This document shows positions 1 to 9,336 of a DNA stretch of 64,000 nucleotides, one piece after another. Position 1 is the stretch's first letter; each line of letters opens with the position of its first letter. The stretch covers positions 3,424,001 through 3,488,000 of the forward strand of contig OY771506.1 of the NCBI GenBank assembly GCA_963674705.1, given 5' to 3'. Source of the stretch: Phycisphaeraceae bacterium. GTDB taxonomy: Bacteria; Planctomycetota; Phycisphaerae; Phycisphaerales; Phycisphaeraceae. Made by a program: the position numbers and the translations under genes. Below the pieces are notes generated by a model. That model saw nothing but the letters and a program-made list of their open reading frames with translations. It was not told the DNA's origin and made no database searches.

Positions 1-288
1 GATGGCTGAAGACAATCGCTCAGAATCAGGTTGTCCCTGCAGTTGGCCCATGTGATGCACTCAAGATCGTACAGCACCCCCAATATCCATGTGGTGCATA
101 TTGATGAAACAGCTTATCTTGCCAGGCAAGATGTCCTGGTAGCTGAAAAGCGGTATCCCACTAGTCAATCTGCAATGCCGGTAGAAGCATCTTTTGATTA
201 ATCAATGTTTCATGATCTACCAAGAGGCTTCGGAAGGCAAGCTATGGGTACTATTATACTAAATGAGAACTTTTTGGGAAATGTATTA

Positions 289-897
289 TCACATCCCCGC
301 GGTCTGCCACTGCTTGATCGCTTCGACGGGCCAGAAAAGCATCAGGACGTTCAGAGTCAGGTTGTCGCGGATCGTGATCAGCATGCCGATCTCTGTTACC
401 ACGAACACGGTCAACGACCAGTACCAGCGGACACCGGTGGCGAAGATAAATCCCAAGCCGCAACACGCGATGTCGCCCAAGCTGTTTCCGATGCTGTCGC
501 CTGCATAACCGAGGGCCATGGTGGCTTCGCGATATCGGTTGATCGTGAAGGGTGTATTTTCAAAGACTTCCCAAGCCGCTTCAAGGAGAACCGCCGCACT
601 CAAACGCCAGCCGAACGCCTGCTTGCGTAGCGGAGCGATCCAGTAGAAGACCCATGCGAAAATCAAGCCGTGCAGCACATGAGAGAAACTGTAAGGATCA
701 ACGAAGTGTTGTGAGTTGTGGTTGCTCCACACATCACCCGACCAGAGAAAAGCTTCGCCACACTCGCACCACCATACCCGGTCCATCAGTTTTAACGTGA
801 TGAGTGTTGCAACAATCACCATCGCTAATGCGATCCATGGCAACATTGGATTTGATTGGGAATGATTCGGATCAGAAAGATCAACACTGTTTGTCAT
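289..897 (-). CDS. DUF2585 (UPF0314) family membrane protein
   Basis: Motifs WWCECG..LWSGDVWSNHNSQH, DPYSFSHVLHG, EAAWEVFEN, GDSIGNS, IRDNLTLN. Start placed at ATG 897; the ORF track starts at TTG 915. Confidence 0.85.
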   Translation of the reverse strand: MTNSVDLSDPNHSQSNPMLPWIALAMVIVATLITLKLMDRVWWCECGEAFLWSGDVWSNHNSQHFVDPYSFSHVLHGLIFAWVFYWIAPLRKQAFGWRLSAAVLLEAAWEVFENTPFTINRYREATMALGYAGDSIGNSLGDIACCGLGFIFATGVRWYWSLTVFVVTEIGMLITIRDNLTLNVLMLFWPVEAIKQWQTAGM

Positions 898-949
898 GGC
901 TCGTCTACTTCTCAAGGGCGATTGATAGAATCAATGAACAGTGGGGAGA

Positions 950-1609
950 TTATTCCCATGTATCTTCGATTCCTTTCGATAACTCATCTTCCAATTCCGA
1001 CATCACGCTGGAGATGGTGTCGGGATTAAAACCACGCCGAGCCAGCAGGCCGTAGATTCTGCGGCGTCGGGTCTCGGCTTCAAGTCGTTGCATCGATTGC
1101 AGTTTTTTGCGTGCCAACTCAACCGCGCCCGGCGCCAGGTCCTGGGCATCGGTCGCTTCACCGACGAGTTTTTCAATCAGCGATCGGTCGAGGCCTTTCT
1201 GGTAGAGCTTTTGTCTGAGCAGTTGAGGGCCGGCTGGTTTTCGGCGTAGCGTCGATTCGACCAATGCCTGGCCGTAGGCCTCATCATCGAGGTAATTCAG
1301 TTCGGTGAGTCGGTCGAGAACCTGATCACGGACTGGCGTCTCGTACTCTAGCTCTTTGAGTTTCTTGTCCAAGTCACGCCGGCTCATCGCCCGACGGTTC
1401 AGCCGGTTCATCGCCTGACGCAGGGCCTTGTCATAGACAGCGGCCTGGGCCACCTTCGCGGCCAGGGCATCATCCCACATCTGGCCGACCTGCAGCCCGA
1501 GGGTCTCGATTTTGCCAAGCGGCAGCGTCGCGACGACCTTCCTGCCGACCCGCACCGTCAGTCGGCCCGGGTTCCGCTGCGTTGGCTTGATGGCGGTGAT
1601 ATGCTGCAT
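950..1609 (-). CDS. recX: RecA regulator RecX
   Basis: Three-helix repeats LNRRAMSRRDL, YLDDEAY, GPQLLRQKLYQKG, LARRGF. Confidence 0.9.
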   Translation of the reverse strand: MQHITAIKPTQRNPGRLTVRVGRKVVATLPLGKIETLGLQVGQMWDDALAAKVAQAAVYDKALRQAMNRLNRRAMSRRDLDKKLKELEYETPVRDQVLDRLTELNYLDDEAYGQALVESTLRRKPAGPQLLRQKLYQKGLDRSLIEKLVGEATDAQDLAPGAVELARKKLQSMQRLEAETRRRRIYGLLARRGFNPDTISSVMSELEDELSKGIEDTWE

Positions 1610-1699
1610 GTTGTTATCTTACCGGCTGGTGCCGTGCTCGCGTTATCAGCCGGCTATTTGTTTCAATGCTCAAAACAACCAGAATCCCCGATATCCGAC

Positions 1700-2515
1700 A
1701 TGGCTCTTATCACCTGTGAATTCTTCTCCGACGCGCTCGAACTCAATGTAACCATGCGTGTCATTCTGCCTCAACCCACGGCCACGCATGCCCATCATTA
1801 CCCGGGCATCGAGATGAATCCGCCGCATCCAACGCTCTATCTGCTGCATGGGCTGGGCGATAACAGCTCCGCCTGGACGCGACAGTCCAACATTGAACGC
1901 TACGCCTGGAAGCGGAATCTGGCTGTAGTCATGCCGGAGGTCCACCGCAGCTTTTATGCGGATATGCTGCGTGGCAACAAATACTGGACCTTCTTGAGCG
2001 AGGAATTACCCAAGGTCTGTCGGCGTTTCTTCCCATTGTCTGACAAGCGGGAGGACAACTTCGTGGCTGGATTATCGATGGGGGGGTACGGCGCGTTCAA
2101 GCTGGCGTTAAGCCATCCCGATAAATTCTGTGCCGCCGCCAGCCTGTCCGGGGCCTTGGATCGGACTCAGCGGATGAAAACCACTGAAAAGCTGGAAGAA
2201 GAGTTCATGAACACCTTCGGGGGGCTGGAGGGGTACGTTGGCTCCGGCAACGATCTGCTGCACCTGGCGACGGAATTGGCAAAAAAAACCGGCCCCCGGC
2301 CGGCCCTGTTCCAGTGTTGCGGTACCGAAGACTTCGTGTACCCTGAAAACCTGACTTTCAGAGATCACTTGAAGGATTTGGGGATTGATCTAACCTACGT
2401 GGAATCCCCCGGCGAAGACCACGAATGGGGCTATTGGGACCGGATGATACAAGATGTGATAGAATGGCTACCATTACGCGTGGAGGACGGCGGGACCACG
2501 GCCCCTCGCGTGTGA
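1700..2515 (+). CDS. Esterase family alpha/beta hydrolase (tributyrin esterase/FrmB-like)
   Basis: LYLLHG, GLSMGG nucleophile elbow, CGTED and HEWGYW. Likely start MALITCEFFS at 1700. Confidence 0.9.
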   Translation: MALITCEFFSDALELNVTMRVILPQPTATHAHHYPGIEMNPPHPTLYLLHGLGDNSSAWTRQSNIERYAWKRNLAVVMPEVHRSFYADMLRGNKYWTFLSEELPKVCRRFFPLSDKREDNFVAGLSMGGYGAFKLALSHPDKFCAAASLSGALDRTQRMKTTEKLEEEFMNTFGGLEGYVGSGNDLLHLATELAKKTGPRPALFQCCGTEDFVYPENLTFRDHLKDLGIDLTYVESPGEDHEWGYWDRMIQDVIEWLPLRVEDGGTTAPRV

Positions 2516-2532
2516 TGAATGGAGACGCTCGG

Positions 2533-3051
2533 ATGTCTGATATCCATGAGGAACTGGGCAGGGCGGTACTGGAAAGTGCGGAGGAGATGTTCCGGGCGCA
2601 GAAGCGTATGGCTGACAGTGCCATACGTCAGATCACCTTCGAGCAGATGCAGTACGAGCCGGACCCCGAGAGCAACAGTGTCGCGGTCATCATGAAACAC
2701 CTTTCCTGTGCCATGCGGTCTCGCTGGGCGGACTTCATGACGACGGACGGCGAAAAGCCTTGGCGCGATCGTGATGACGAGTTCACGGACAACTACACGA
2801 GCCGGGACGAGGTGGAACGCGATTGGGAGGCGGGGTGGAACACGTTATTCAAGGCTATCAGTGAGCTTCGGCCGGTCGACCTCACCGCAACGGTCACCAT
2901 TCGTGATGAACCTGAAGTCGTAATCGGCGCAATCCACCGCCAGTTGTCACACTACAACTACCACATCGGCCAAATCGTTGTGGCCTGCAGGACGCTGGCC
3001 GGGGACAAATGGTCGACCCTGACCGTGCCTCGCAGCAAGCACAAGAAGTAA
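2533..3051 (+). CDS. DUF1572 / DinB-like protein
   Basis: SNSVAVIMKHL, RSRWADF.TTDGEKPWRDRDDEF, QLSHYNYHIGQI; GGAGA RBS before ATG 2533. Confidence 0.85.
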   Translation: MSDIHEELGRAVLESAEEMFRAQKRMADSAIRQITFEQMQYEPDPESNSVAVIMKHLSCAMRSRWADFMTTDGEKPWRDRDDEFTDNYTSRDEVERDWEAGWNTLFKAISELRPVDLTATVTIRDEPEVVIGAIHRQLSHYNYHIGQIVVACRTLAGDKWSTLTVPRSKHKK

Positions 3052-3083
3052 CGGTGCATTTATCTTTACCACCCGTCGCTGTT

Positions 3084-3372
3084 CTAAGCCGCTTGCGGCT
3101 TAGCGATTTTTCTATCTGTTGATTGTGGTTAGCTGCGGCCCCGCCCTTCGCTTCGCTCAGGACCGGCGTTGGGGGAGGGAAAAGCTGGAAAACAGGAAAT
3201 TTTGAAAGCAGAAAATCAGGTTCTTCCGATACCCCATACCCGCCCGGACCTCCGCTGCGCTCAGGACCGGCGTTGGGATAAACATTAGCGATTAACGATT
3301 AGCCATTAGCAATACCATTCCCACACCCCACACCCCACACCCCACACCCCACACCCCACACCCCACACCCCA
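3084..3372. repeat. Intergenic repeat mosaic 1: palindrome, two copies of a ~35-bp module, GGAAAGCT-like octamers, ATTAGCG heptamers and a CCCCACA array
   Basis: CTAAGCCGC-TT-GCGGCTTAG 3084-3103; CGCTCAGGACCGGCGTTGGG at 3154 and 3258; ATTAGCG-like x4 at 3284-3311; CCCCACA x6 perfect at 3326-3367. Confidence 0.9.
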
Positions 3373-3417
3373 TCCACCCTTGCCCGCGTCCATCCCAGCG
3401 CGTATCCTTTAATACGT

Positions 3418-3521
3418 TCGCTAGGGGTGTCCCGACAGACAGCGGGACTGAGAAAAACCCTCGGAACCTGATCAGCCAACCGTTGCGGCGATATGCGACG
3501 GGTAACTGCGTAGGGAAGCGA
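3418..3521 (+). ncRNA. TPP riboswitch (THI element), variant with an inserted hairpin in P5/L5
   Basis: P1 TCGCT/AGCGA; GGGGTG..CTGAGA..ACCC..AACCTGATCAG..CTGCGTAGGGAA; directly upstream of thiC. Confidence 0.92.
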
Positions 3522-3573
3522 CGCATGCACCTGCTTGCGCGAGCGCTTCCCCGAACTTCAAGGAAGGCTCGCC

Positions 3574-5466
3574 ATGATTAAACAAAACGACTCCCATCAA
3601 CACGACGACAAGCTCGATACCGAATCGCTTGGTTACAAGTTGCCACCTGTCGGCGATGACCCCGGTACCGAACCTGCCGCCACCACGCCGGGCTCGTTCG
3701 CCAATCGCCCGAAGATCGCCCCCGGTCTTGCCGGTGCTCTGACCTACAGCTCCCCCGACACCCCCGGCATGCCAAAGCCCTCCGACAAGACCGCCTGGGA
3801 CTTCATGCCCGAAGGCTGGTCCACCAGCGATGGTGATAGCGCTGCGAATAGTGGTGATGTCGATGTCTATACATTCGAGCAAGCCGACGGCAGCAAACGG
3901 TCGGTTTCCTGCCCGAAGGGGTTCAAGCCCATCACACAACTGGAATCCGCACGCCTGGGCATCATCACACCCGAGATGAAACGTGTTGCTGAGCGTGAGA
4001 TGCACCTTACCGCTGAGCAGGTCCGTGATGAAGTCGCCGCAGGCCGGATGGTCATCCCCGCCAACAAGACACACCTCGGCTACAAGCTCGACCCGATGTG
4101 TATCGGCCGTGCCTCAAAGACCAAGATCAACGCCAACATGGGCGCCTCACCGATCTCCTCCGGCACAGAAGAAGAGATCGAAAAACTCGAGTGGGCCCTG
4201 CGCTGGGGAGCCGACACCGTCATGGACCTGTCGACCGGAGGCGATCTGGATGCCACGCGCGATGCGATCATCCGCAACTCCACCGCGCCGATCGGCACCG
4301 TCCCCATCTACTCGATGATCATTGGTAAGAAGATCGAAGACCTCGATAAGCAGGCCATCCTCGATACCGTCGAACATCAGGCCAGGCAGGGCGTGGACTA
4401 CTTCACCATCCATGCCGGTATCCTGAAAAGCCACATCAAACTCGCGAAGAACCGCTTGATCGGCCTGGTCTCGCGCGGCGGCTCACTGCTTGCCAAGTGG
4501 ATGCTCACACATAACGCAGAGAATCCCATGAATACAGCCTGGGAAGATATCTGCGACATCATGCGTGAGTACGACGTCACCTTCTCGATCGGTGACGGCT
4601 GTCGGCCGGGCGGGCTCGCCGACGCGTCCGACAAGATCCAGTTCGCTGAACTTATCGAGATCGGCAAACTCACCGAACGTGCCTGGCGCAAGGGCGTGCA
4701 GGTTATGGTCGAAGGACCGGGCCACGTCCCGCTCGACCAGATCGAATACAACATGAAACTCGAACGCACCGTCTGCCACGGCGCGCCGTTCTACGTACTC
4801 GGCCCACTGGTGACCGACGTCTTCCCCGGCTACGACCATATCACCAGCTGTATCGGCGCGACCAACGCCGCGTATCACGGCGCATCCATGCTTTGCTATG
4901 TGACTCCCAAGGAACACGTGGGCTTGCCGAAGAAGGACGATGTGAAGCAGGGTTGTATCGCGTACAAGATCGCCGCCCATGCTGCCGACATCGCGCTGGG
5001 TATCCCGGATACACGCACGTGGGACGATCAACTGACCAAGGCCCGCGCTGCCTTGAACTGGGAAAAACACTTCGAGCTATCGTTCGATCCCGATACCGCA
5101 CGTGCTTATCACGATGAGGACATGGACGTAGACACCGACTTCTGCGCGATGTGCGGTCACGATTGGTGTAGCGTGCGGATCAGTAAGGAAATCCAGGAAT
5201 GGTCGTCAGGGAAAGCTGAGGGCTTTGACCGTGGGAAGCCGAAGATCTCCTCCGCTCTGACCGAGGAACAACAACGCATCCTCAAAGAGCGTGGTGTTCT
5301 GAGTCCCGAAGAAATCCACAAGCTCGCCCATAAAGGAAAGAAGGCCGTCTGCCACAGCGACAATGTCGCCGACGCCGAAGAGGCCAAGATGATCCAGGAG
5401 CAGGAACTTGTGCAACTTGATACACGGCCGGCGCATGGATTGAGTAAAGAGGAGTCGGTGATTTAA
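3574..5466 (+). CDS. thiC: Phosphomethylpyrimidine synthase ThiC
   Basis: [56 protein letters not shown] and Fe-S motif [19 protein letters not shown] before ATG 3574. Confidence 0.97.
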   Translation: MIKQNDSHQHDDKLDTESLGYKLPPVGDDPGTEPAATTPGSFANRPKIAPGLAGALTYSSPDTPGMPKPSDKTAWDFMPEGWSTSDGDSAANSGDVDVYTFEQADGSKRSVSCPKGFKPITQLESARLGIITPEMKRVAEREMHLTAEQVRDEVAAGRMVIPANKTHLGYKLDPMCIGRASKTKINANMGASPISSGTEEEIEKLEWALRWGADTVMDLSTGGDLDATRDAIIRNSTAPIGTVPIYSMIIGKKIEDLDKQAILDTVEHQARQGVDYFTIHAGILKSHIKLAKNRLIGLVSRGGSLLAKWMLTHNAENPMNTAWEDICDIMREYDVTFSIGDGCRPGGLADASDKIQFAELIEIGKLTERAWRKGVQVMVEGPGHVPLDQIEYNMKLERTVCHGAPFYVLGPLVTDVFPGYDHITSCIGATNAAYHGASMLCYVTPKEHVGLPKKDDVKQGCIAYKIAAHAADIALGIPDTRTWDDQLTKARAALNWEKHFELSFDPDTARAYHDEDMDVDTDFCAMCGHDWCSVRISKEIQEWSSGKAEGFDRGKPKISSALTEEQQRILKERGVLSPEEIHKLAHKGKKAVCHSDNVADAEEAKMIQEQELVQLDTRPAHGLSKEESVI

Positions 5467-5481
5467 TCCACACCTACACAT

Positions 5482-5507
5482 TTAGCCCCGGGTCGAGGAC
5501 CCGGGGC
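5482..5507 (+). repeat. REP-like hairpin downstream of thiC
   Basis: TTA-GCCCCGGGTC-GAG-GACCCGGGGC: perfect 10-bp stem with no U-tract. Confidence 0.6.
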
Positions 5508-5545
5508 ATATTCGCTAACACTGACATAGCAATTTGGGGGTTTAT

Positions 5546-5818
5546 ATGGATGTCAAAAAGGTAGAAGTATTTAGCGAAGCAACAAATTATGGGATAGTTC
5601 GGTTGCCCGAACGAAAATTCCCGTGTGTCGTGATCCAAGGTGATTCTTTGTCAATCATGCTATCGCTTATTGACTCAATCAAAGAGAGAGTGGCTGATAG
5701 TTCCGATGATGAATTAGTCGGTTGCGTTGAGGAGTTAAGAGAATCAATAAGCAGCCGTATTATTCATTATGAGCAGGTCTTAAAGTCCCACGGCATACAA
5801 CTTCCGTATGTTAAATAG
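5546..5818 (+). CDS. Small hypothetical protein (DUF6959-like), AT-rich
   Basis: N..IVRLPERKFP.VVIQGDSL and C-terminal YE.VL..HGI.LPY; lower GC than neighbours. Confidence 0.7.
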   Translation: MDVKKVEVFSEATNYGIVRLPERKFPCVVIQGDSLSIMLSLIDSIKERVADSSDDELVGCVEELRESISSRIIHYEQVLKSHGIQLPYVK

Positions 5819-5870
5819 AGCCTTACGCCATTATCAAGATTAGATCTTTGGAGAAACAGGCAACCTAACG

Positions 5871-6338
5871 ATGTCCGAACTCCACCCCATCAACCATACT
5901 CTCCTCGACCTTCTGCAAAATCAGCAGGACCGTACGCGCTATGCTCTTGAAGATCTGAATCCCGATGTCTTCAACCGCGATCCCGGCAATGACTGCAACA
6001 GCATTCGGTTGATCGGCGAACATCTGATTGCGCTGCGTGCGTTTCAATTGCTGCTACTACAAAGTGATCTGGCTAAGCAGATGCCTTCGCATGACGTGGT
6101 AACGGTAGATGAACTGGTCCAGAAACTCGATCAAGCCACGGCTCTTGTTAAACAAGCGATCGAGACACATGATCCTGATGATTGGCACGCGGAGCCGACT
6201 GACCAACGTGAAGGCCCATGGGCTGACCTGCCGACGCTGCTGCGCCTTGTTCGGCCCATCAATGACTTTACCAATCACCTGGGCTCGATCCGTACGCTCC
6301 GGCGTATGTTTGGGGATCCTGTAGAGCAGACGCAATAG
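5871..6338 (+). CDS. DinB family protein
   Basis: CNSIRLIGEHL and NHLGSI motifs; GGAGA RBS. Confidence 0.7.
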   Translation: MSELHPINHTLLDLLQNQQDRTRYALEDLNPDVFNRDPGNDCNSIRLIGEHLIALRAFQLLLLQSDLAKQMPSHDVVTVDELVQKLDQATALVKQAIETHDPDDWHAEPTDQREGPWADLPTLLRLVRPINDFTNHLGSIRTLRRMFGDPVEQTQ

Positions 6339-6354
6339 CTCTCATGAGATTCAC

Positions 6355-6867
6355 ATGACGACAACGAAAAAACATACCGTTACGTCATACACATGGATCA
6401 ACAGCCCCGTGGGTCGCATTCTTTTGTCGGGTAATGAATGCGGATTGACGCGTCTGAATGTCAGTACAGAATCTCGACCCGTCTCGCCCGAAGACGGCGC
6501 TTGCCAAGATGCCGACCTGTTCCGCGATGCCATCGAACAACTCGAAGCCTACTTTGCCGGTGAGCTGACACAATTCGATCTCAAACTCAATCCGCAAGGC
6601 ACACCCTTCCAGCAGCGCGCCTGGAAAGAGCTTCAGCGTATCCCCTACGGCCAAACGATCACCTACGGCCAGCAGGCACGTCGGATGGGCGACATCAAAG
6701 CAAGCCGGGCGGTGGGGCGGGCGAACGGGGCGAATCCGATCGGGATCATTATCCCCTGTCACCGTGTCATCGGCGGCAACGGTAGTCTCACCGGCTTCGC
6801 GGCAGGGGTCGAAGTCAAAGCGTGGCTACTACAGCATGAAGCGGGGCTGTTTGAGCCCGGGCGATGA
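6355..6867 (+). CDS. ogt: Methylated-DNA-protein-cysteine S-methyltransferase
   Basis: GTPFQ, IPYGQTITY, RAVGRANGANP and active-site PCHRV. Confidence 0.96.
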   Translation: MTTTKKHTVTSYTWINSPVGRILLSGNECGLTRLNVSTESRPVSPEDGACQDADLFRDAIEQLEAYFAGELTQFDLKLNPQGTPFQQRAWKELQRIPYGQTITYGQQARRMGDIKASRAVGRANGANPIGIIIPCHRVIGGNGSLTGFAAGVEVKAWLLQHEAGLFEPGR

Positions 6868-6885
6868 GGTGCTAGGCTATCGGGT

Positions 6886-7410
6886 ATGAAACAGCAAAGA
6901 CTCTGGGCACCCTGGCGCATGGCGTACATCAGCAAGCTGGATGACAACGCCCCCGGTCCGGGATCGAAGACCGGTTGCTTCCTCTGCGATGCCGCGGCGG
7001 ATGATCTTGATCCAGCAGGTATCGAACAGATGCTCGTTCTTAAACGCGATGACCGTGGCATCCTCATGCTTAATCGGTATCCGTACACGAATGGCCATCT
7101 GCTTGTTGCGCCTCACACACATGTCGGCGATATCAGCGACCTGAGCAGCGCGCAGCGTTCCGGTTTGATGGAACTCAGCGAACTCGGCGCACGTTTGCTC
7201 CGCATGACCATGAACCCGCAAGGCATCAACATCGGTATGAACCTCGGCCGATGCGCCGGTGCGGGGCTGCCCGGCCACGCCCACATGCACGTCGTGCCCC
7301 GATGGAACGGCGACGTCAACTTCATGCACACCATAGGCCATATCCGCGTCATCCCCCAGGCATTAGAAGAAAGCTACAAGCTTCTCAAAACCGCGATCGA
7401 CAGCCTGTAA
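6886..7410 (+). CDS. HIT family hydrolase (Ap4A phosphorylase/FHIT-like)
   Basis: LWAPWR, CFLC, LNRYPYTNGHLLV, HAHMHVVPRW. Confidence 0.92.
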   Translation: MKQQRLWAPWRMAYISKLDDNAPGPGSKTGCFLCDAAADDLDPAGIEQMLVLKRDDRGILMLNRYPYTNGHLLVAPHTHVGDISDLSSAQRSGLMELSELGARLLRMTMNPQGINIGMNLGRCAGAGLPGHAHMHVVPRWNGDVNFMHTIGHIRVIPQALEESYKLLKTAIDSL

Positions 7411-7541
7411 CCCTCTTGAGCATACACATGGCATGGGTATCAGACAGATACATACTTTAATACTCACATATCAGTCATCTCATTTGCATCGATTAGCGTT
7501 TATTTACGGCTATATCCAATCCGAATGGTTATCATGTCACC

Positions 7542-8894
7542 ATGCGGATACACGACTTTGCGGATAACCAGCGGTTGCCGATCCTGCTTCGGCTCGTGTC
7601 AGACCTGAGCAAGGCGGATGACCCATCCGAAGTGTTGCGTGCATTTGGCCAGGGCTGGACCGAGTTGAACGGGCAGATGGGATACATTTCCTTGTCTTGC
7701 CGTGGACTGAAACCGGGTGAGTACCATATCACGCAACAGCTTCTGCATGGTGAACTGGCCATGATCGGACGGGAAATCGAATGGCGGCCTTCACATGACC
7801 TGCCGATTCACACCGGCGGATTGCTTGGGCAGATCGTCGCGGGCGGGAAGCCCGTGATCATTCGCGATATTCAAGAATATCACGACCCCATTCTCGGTGA
7901 TGCACTTCAACAATACGAATCAATCGCTGCCGTTCCGCTCTATGACGACGGTAAGGTTCTGAACTGGTCGATCAATCTCAGTCACGATAAAGACCGTCAT
8001 AATGAGAAGGCACTCGAAGACATCATCCTGCGGTCCAACCTCGTCGGTGGCACAGTCAAGCACGTGCAGACAGCCAAGCGATTGCGTGAAGTGCATCAGC
8101 GTGTGAAGGATGAGGTAAAGAAAATCGCTGATATCCAGCAGGCATTGCTGCCGGATAAATTGCCTGATATCCCCGGCGTCAGTCTGTCGGTGAAATATCA
8201 AACCTACGATCAGGCCGGCGGCGACCTGTATTCATTTCACCCATTAGGCACGGGTGTCCGTCATACGATTAAAGAACCGGATGGACGCTGGGCGATCATC
8301 ATCGGTGATGTATCCGGTCACGGCCCGTCCGCCGCAGTCGTGATGGCGATGGTCGAATCCATCCTTGCTTCTTATCCGGACACACCCAACACGACGGGCC
8401 AGGTATTGGATTACATCAATAGACACCTTTGCGCTAAGCGCATCGATGATACTTTCGTGACAGCATTCCACGCGCTGTATGACACGAAGACACGCACACT
8501 TACTTACTCCCGTGCAGGCCATCCGCCCCCGATCTGGCGTAAACCTTCTGCGAACGGCCACATCGATATCACGGAACTAGACGCCGTCGGCGGCTTGCCT
8601 CTTGGCATCATGGCTGATGAAACATACGAAGACGCCACTGTCCAGCTTGAGCCCGGCCAGACGCTGACGCTCTACACCGACGGCATCCCCGAAACACGCA
8701 GCCCCGACGGCGCTTTCTTTGGCACCCCCGGCATCATCAACGCCATGCGCGAATGCTCCGGCGAAGCCTACTGCGCCGTCGACACCATCATGCGACACGT
8801 GCGCAGCCACGAAGCAGGATCACGTCCACAGGACGACCAGACGCTGGTCGTGATGAAGATAGAAAACTATATTTCGCCGATCGTGGATAGATAA
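7542..8894 (+). CDS. GAF-like domain + PP2C/SpoIIE (RsbU-type) serine phosphatase
   Basis: IQQALLP, AGGDLY, IGDVSGHG, RAGHPPP, YTDGIPE, QDDQTLV. Confidence 0.92.
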   Translation: MRIHDFADNQRLPILLRLVSDLSKADDPSEVLRAFGQGWTELNGQMGYISLSCRGLKPGEYHITQQLLHGELAMIGREIEWRPSHDLPIHTGGLLGQIVAGGKPVIIRDIQEYHDPILGDALQQYESIAAVPLYDDGKVLNWSINLSHDKDRHNEKALEDIILRSNLVGGTVKHVQTAKRLREVHQRVKDEVKKIADIQQALLPDKLPDIPGVSLSVKYQTYDQAGGDLYSFHPLGTGVRHTIKEPDGRWAIIIGDVSGHGPSAAVVMAMVESILASYPDTPNTTGQVLDYINRHLCAKRIDDTFVTAFHALYDTKTRTLTYSRAGHPPPIWRKPSANGHIDITELDAVGGLPLGIMADETYEDATVQLEPGQTLTLYTDGIPETRSPDGAFFGTPGIINAMRECSGEAYCAVDTIMRHVRSHEAGSRPQDDQTLVVMKIENYISPIVDR

Positions 8895-8898
8895 ACTA

Positions 8899-9183
8899 TC
8901 AACCCATCCGCGCATGCACTTCGATCAGGTGATAGCCGAACTGGGTCTTGACCGGGTCTGACACCTGGCCGATCGGCAGGTCGGAGAAGATGACCGCGTC
9001 AAACTCGGGGACCATATCGCCCTTGCCGAACTCGCCGAGTGAACCGCCGCCCTGGCCCGACGGGCAGGAGGAGTGTTTCTTGGCTAGCTCTGCAAATGAA
9101 GCGCCATCGGCTATCTGCTGCTTCAGTTCGAGGGCTTTGGCTTCGGATTCAACGAGGATGTGGCTTGCGCTGGCTCGGGGCAT
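8899..9183 (-). CDS. ppiC: Parvulin peptidyl-prolyl isomerase
   Basis: ASHILV, SSCPSG..GGSLG, MVPEFD, VKTQFGYHLI; GGAGA RBS before ATG 9183. Confidence 0.93.
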   Translation of the reverse strand: MPRASASHILVESEAKALELKQQIADGASFAELAKKHSSCPSGQGGGSLGEFGKGDMVPEFDAVIFSDLPIGQVSDPVKTQFGYHLIEVHARMG

Positions 9184-9336
9184 CGGGTCTCTCCTGACAT
9201 TCGATTCGTTTTTATGGGACGGTTGCCGATTCGGTAAGGGGCATACTGTAACGGACATACGGATTTGATGCGATTACAGCAAAATCAAGGCAAAAAGCCT
9301 TCCTGATTTAGACCTACTTATCTACACTGGTTGTCC

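Noticed and set aside
1..288. Possible gene fragment at the left edge
   Set aside because: Frames are interrupted by stops or too short to recognise; no supportable call.
3084..3372. CRISPR array
   Set aside because: No regularly spaced repeats with unique spacers and no cas genes in the window.
3299..3530. Minus-strand ORFs with GCGVWGV repeats
   Set aside because: Translations of the CCCCACA array, antisense to the TPP riboswitch.
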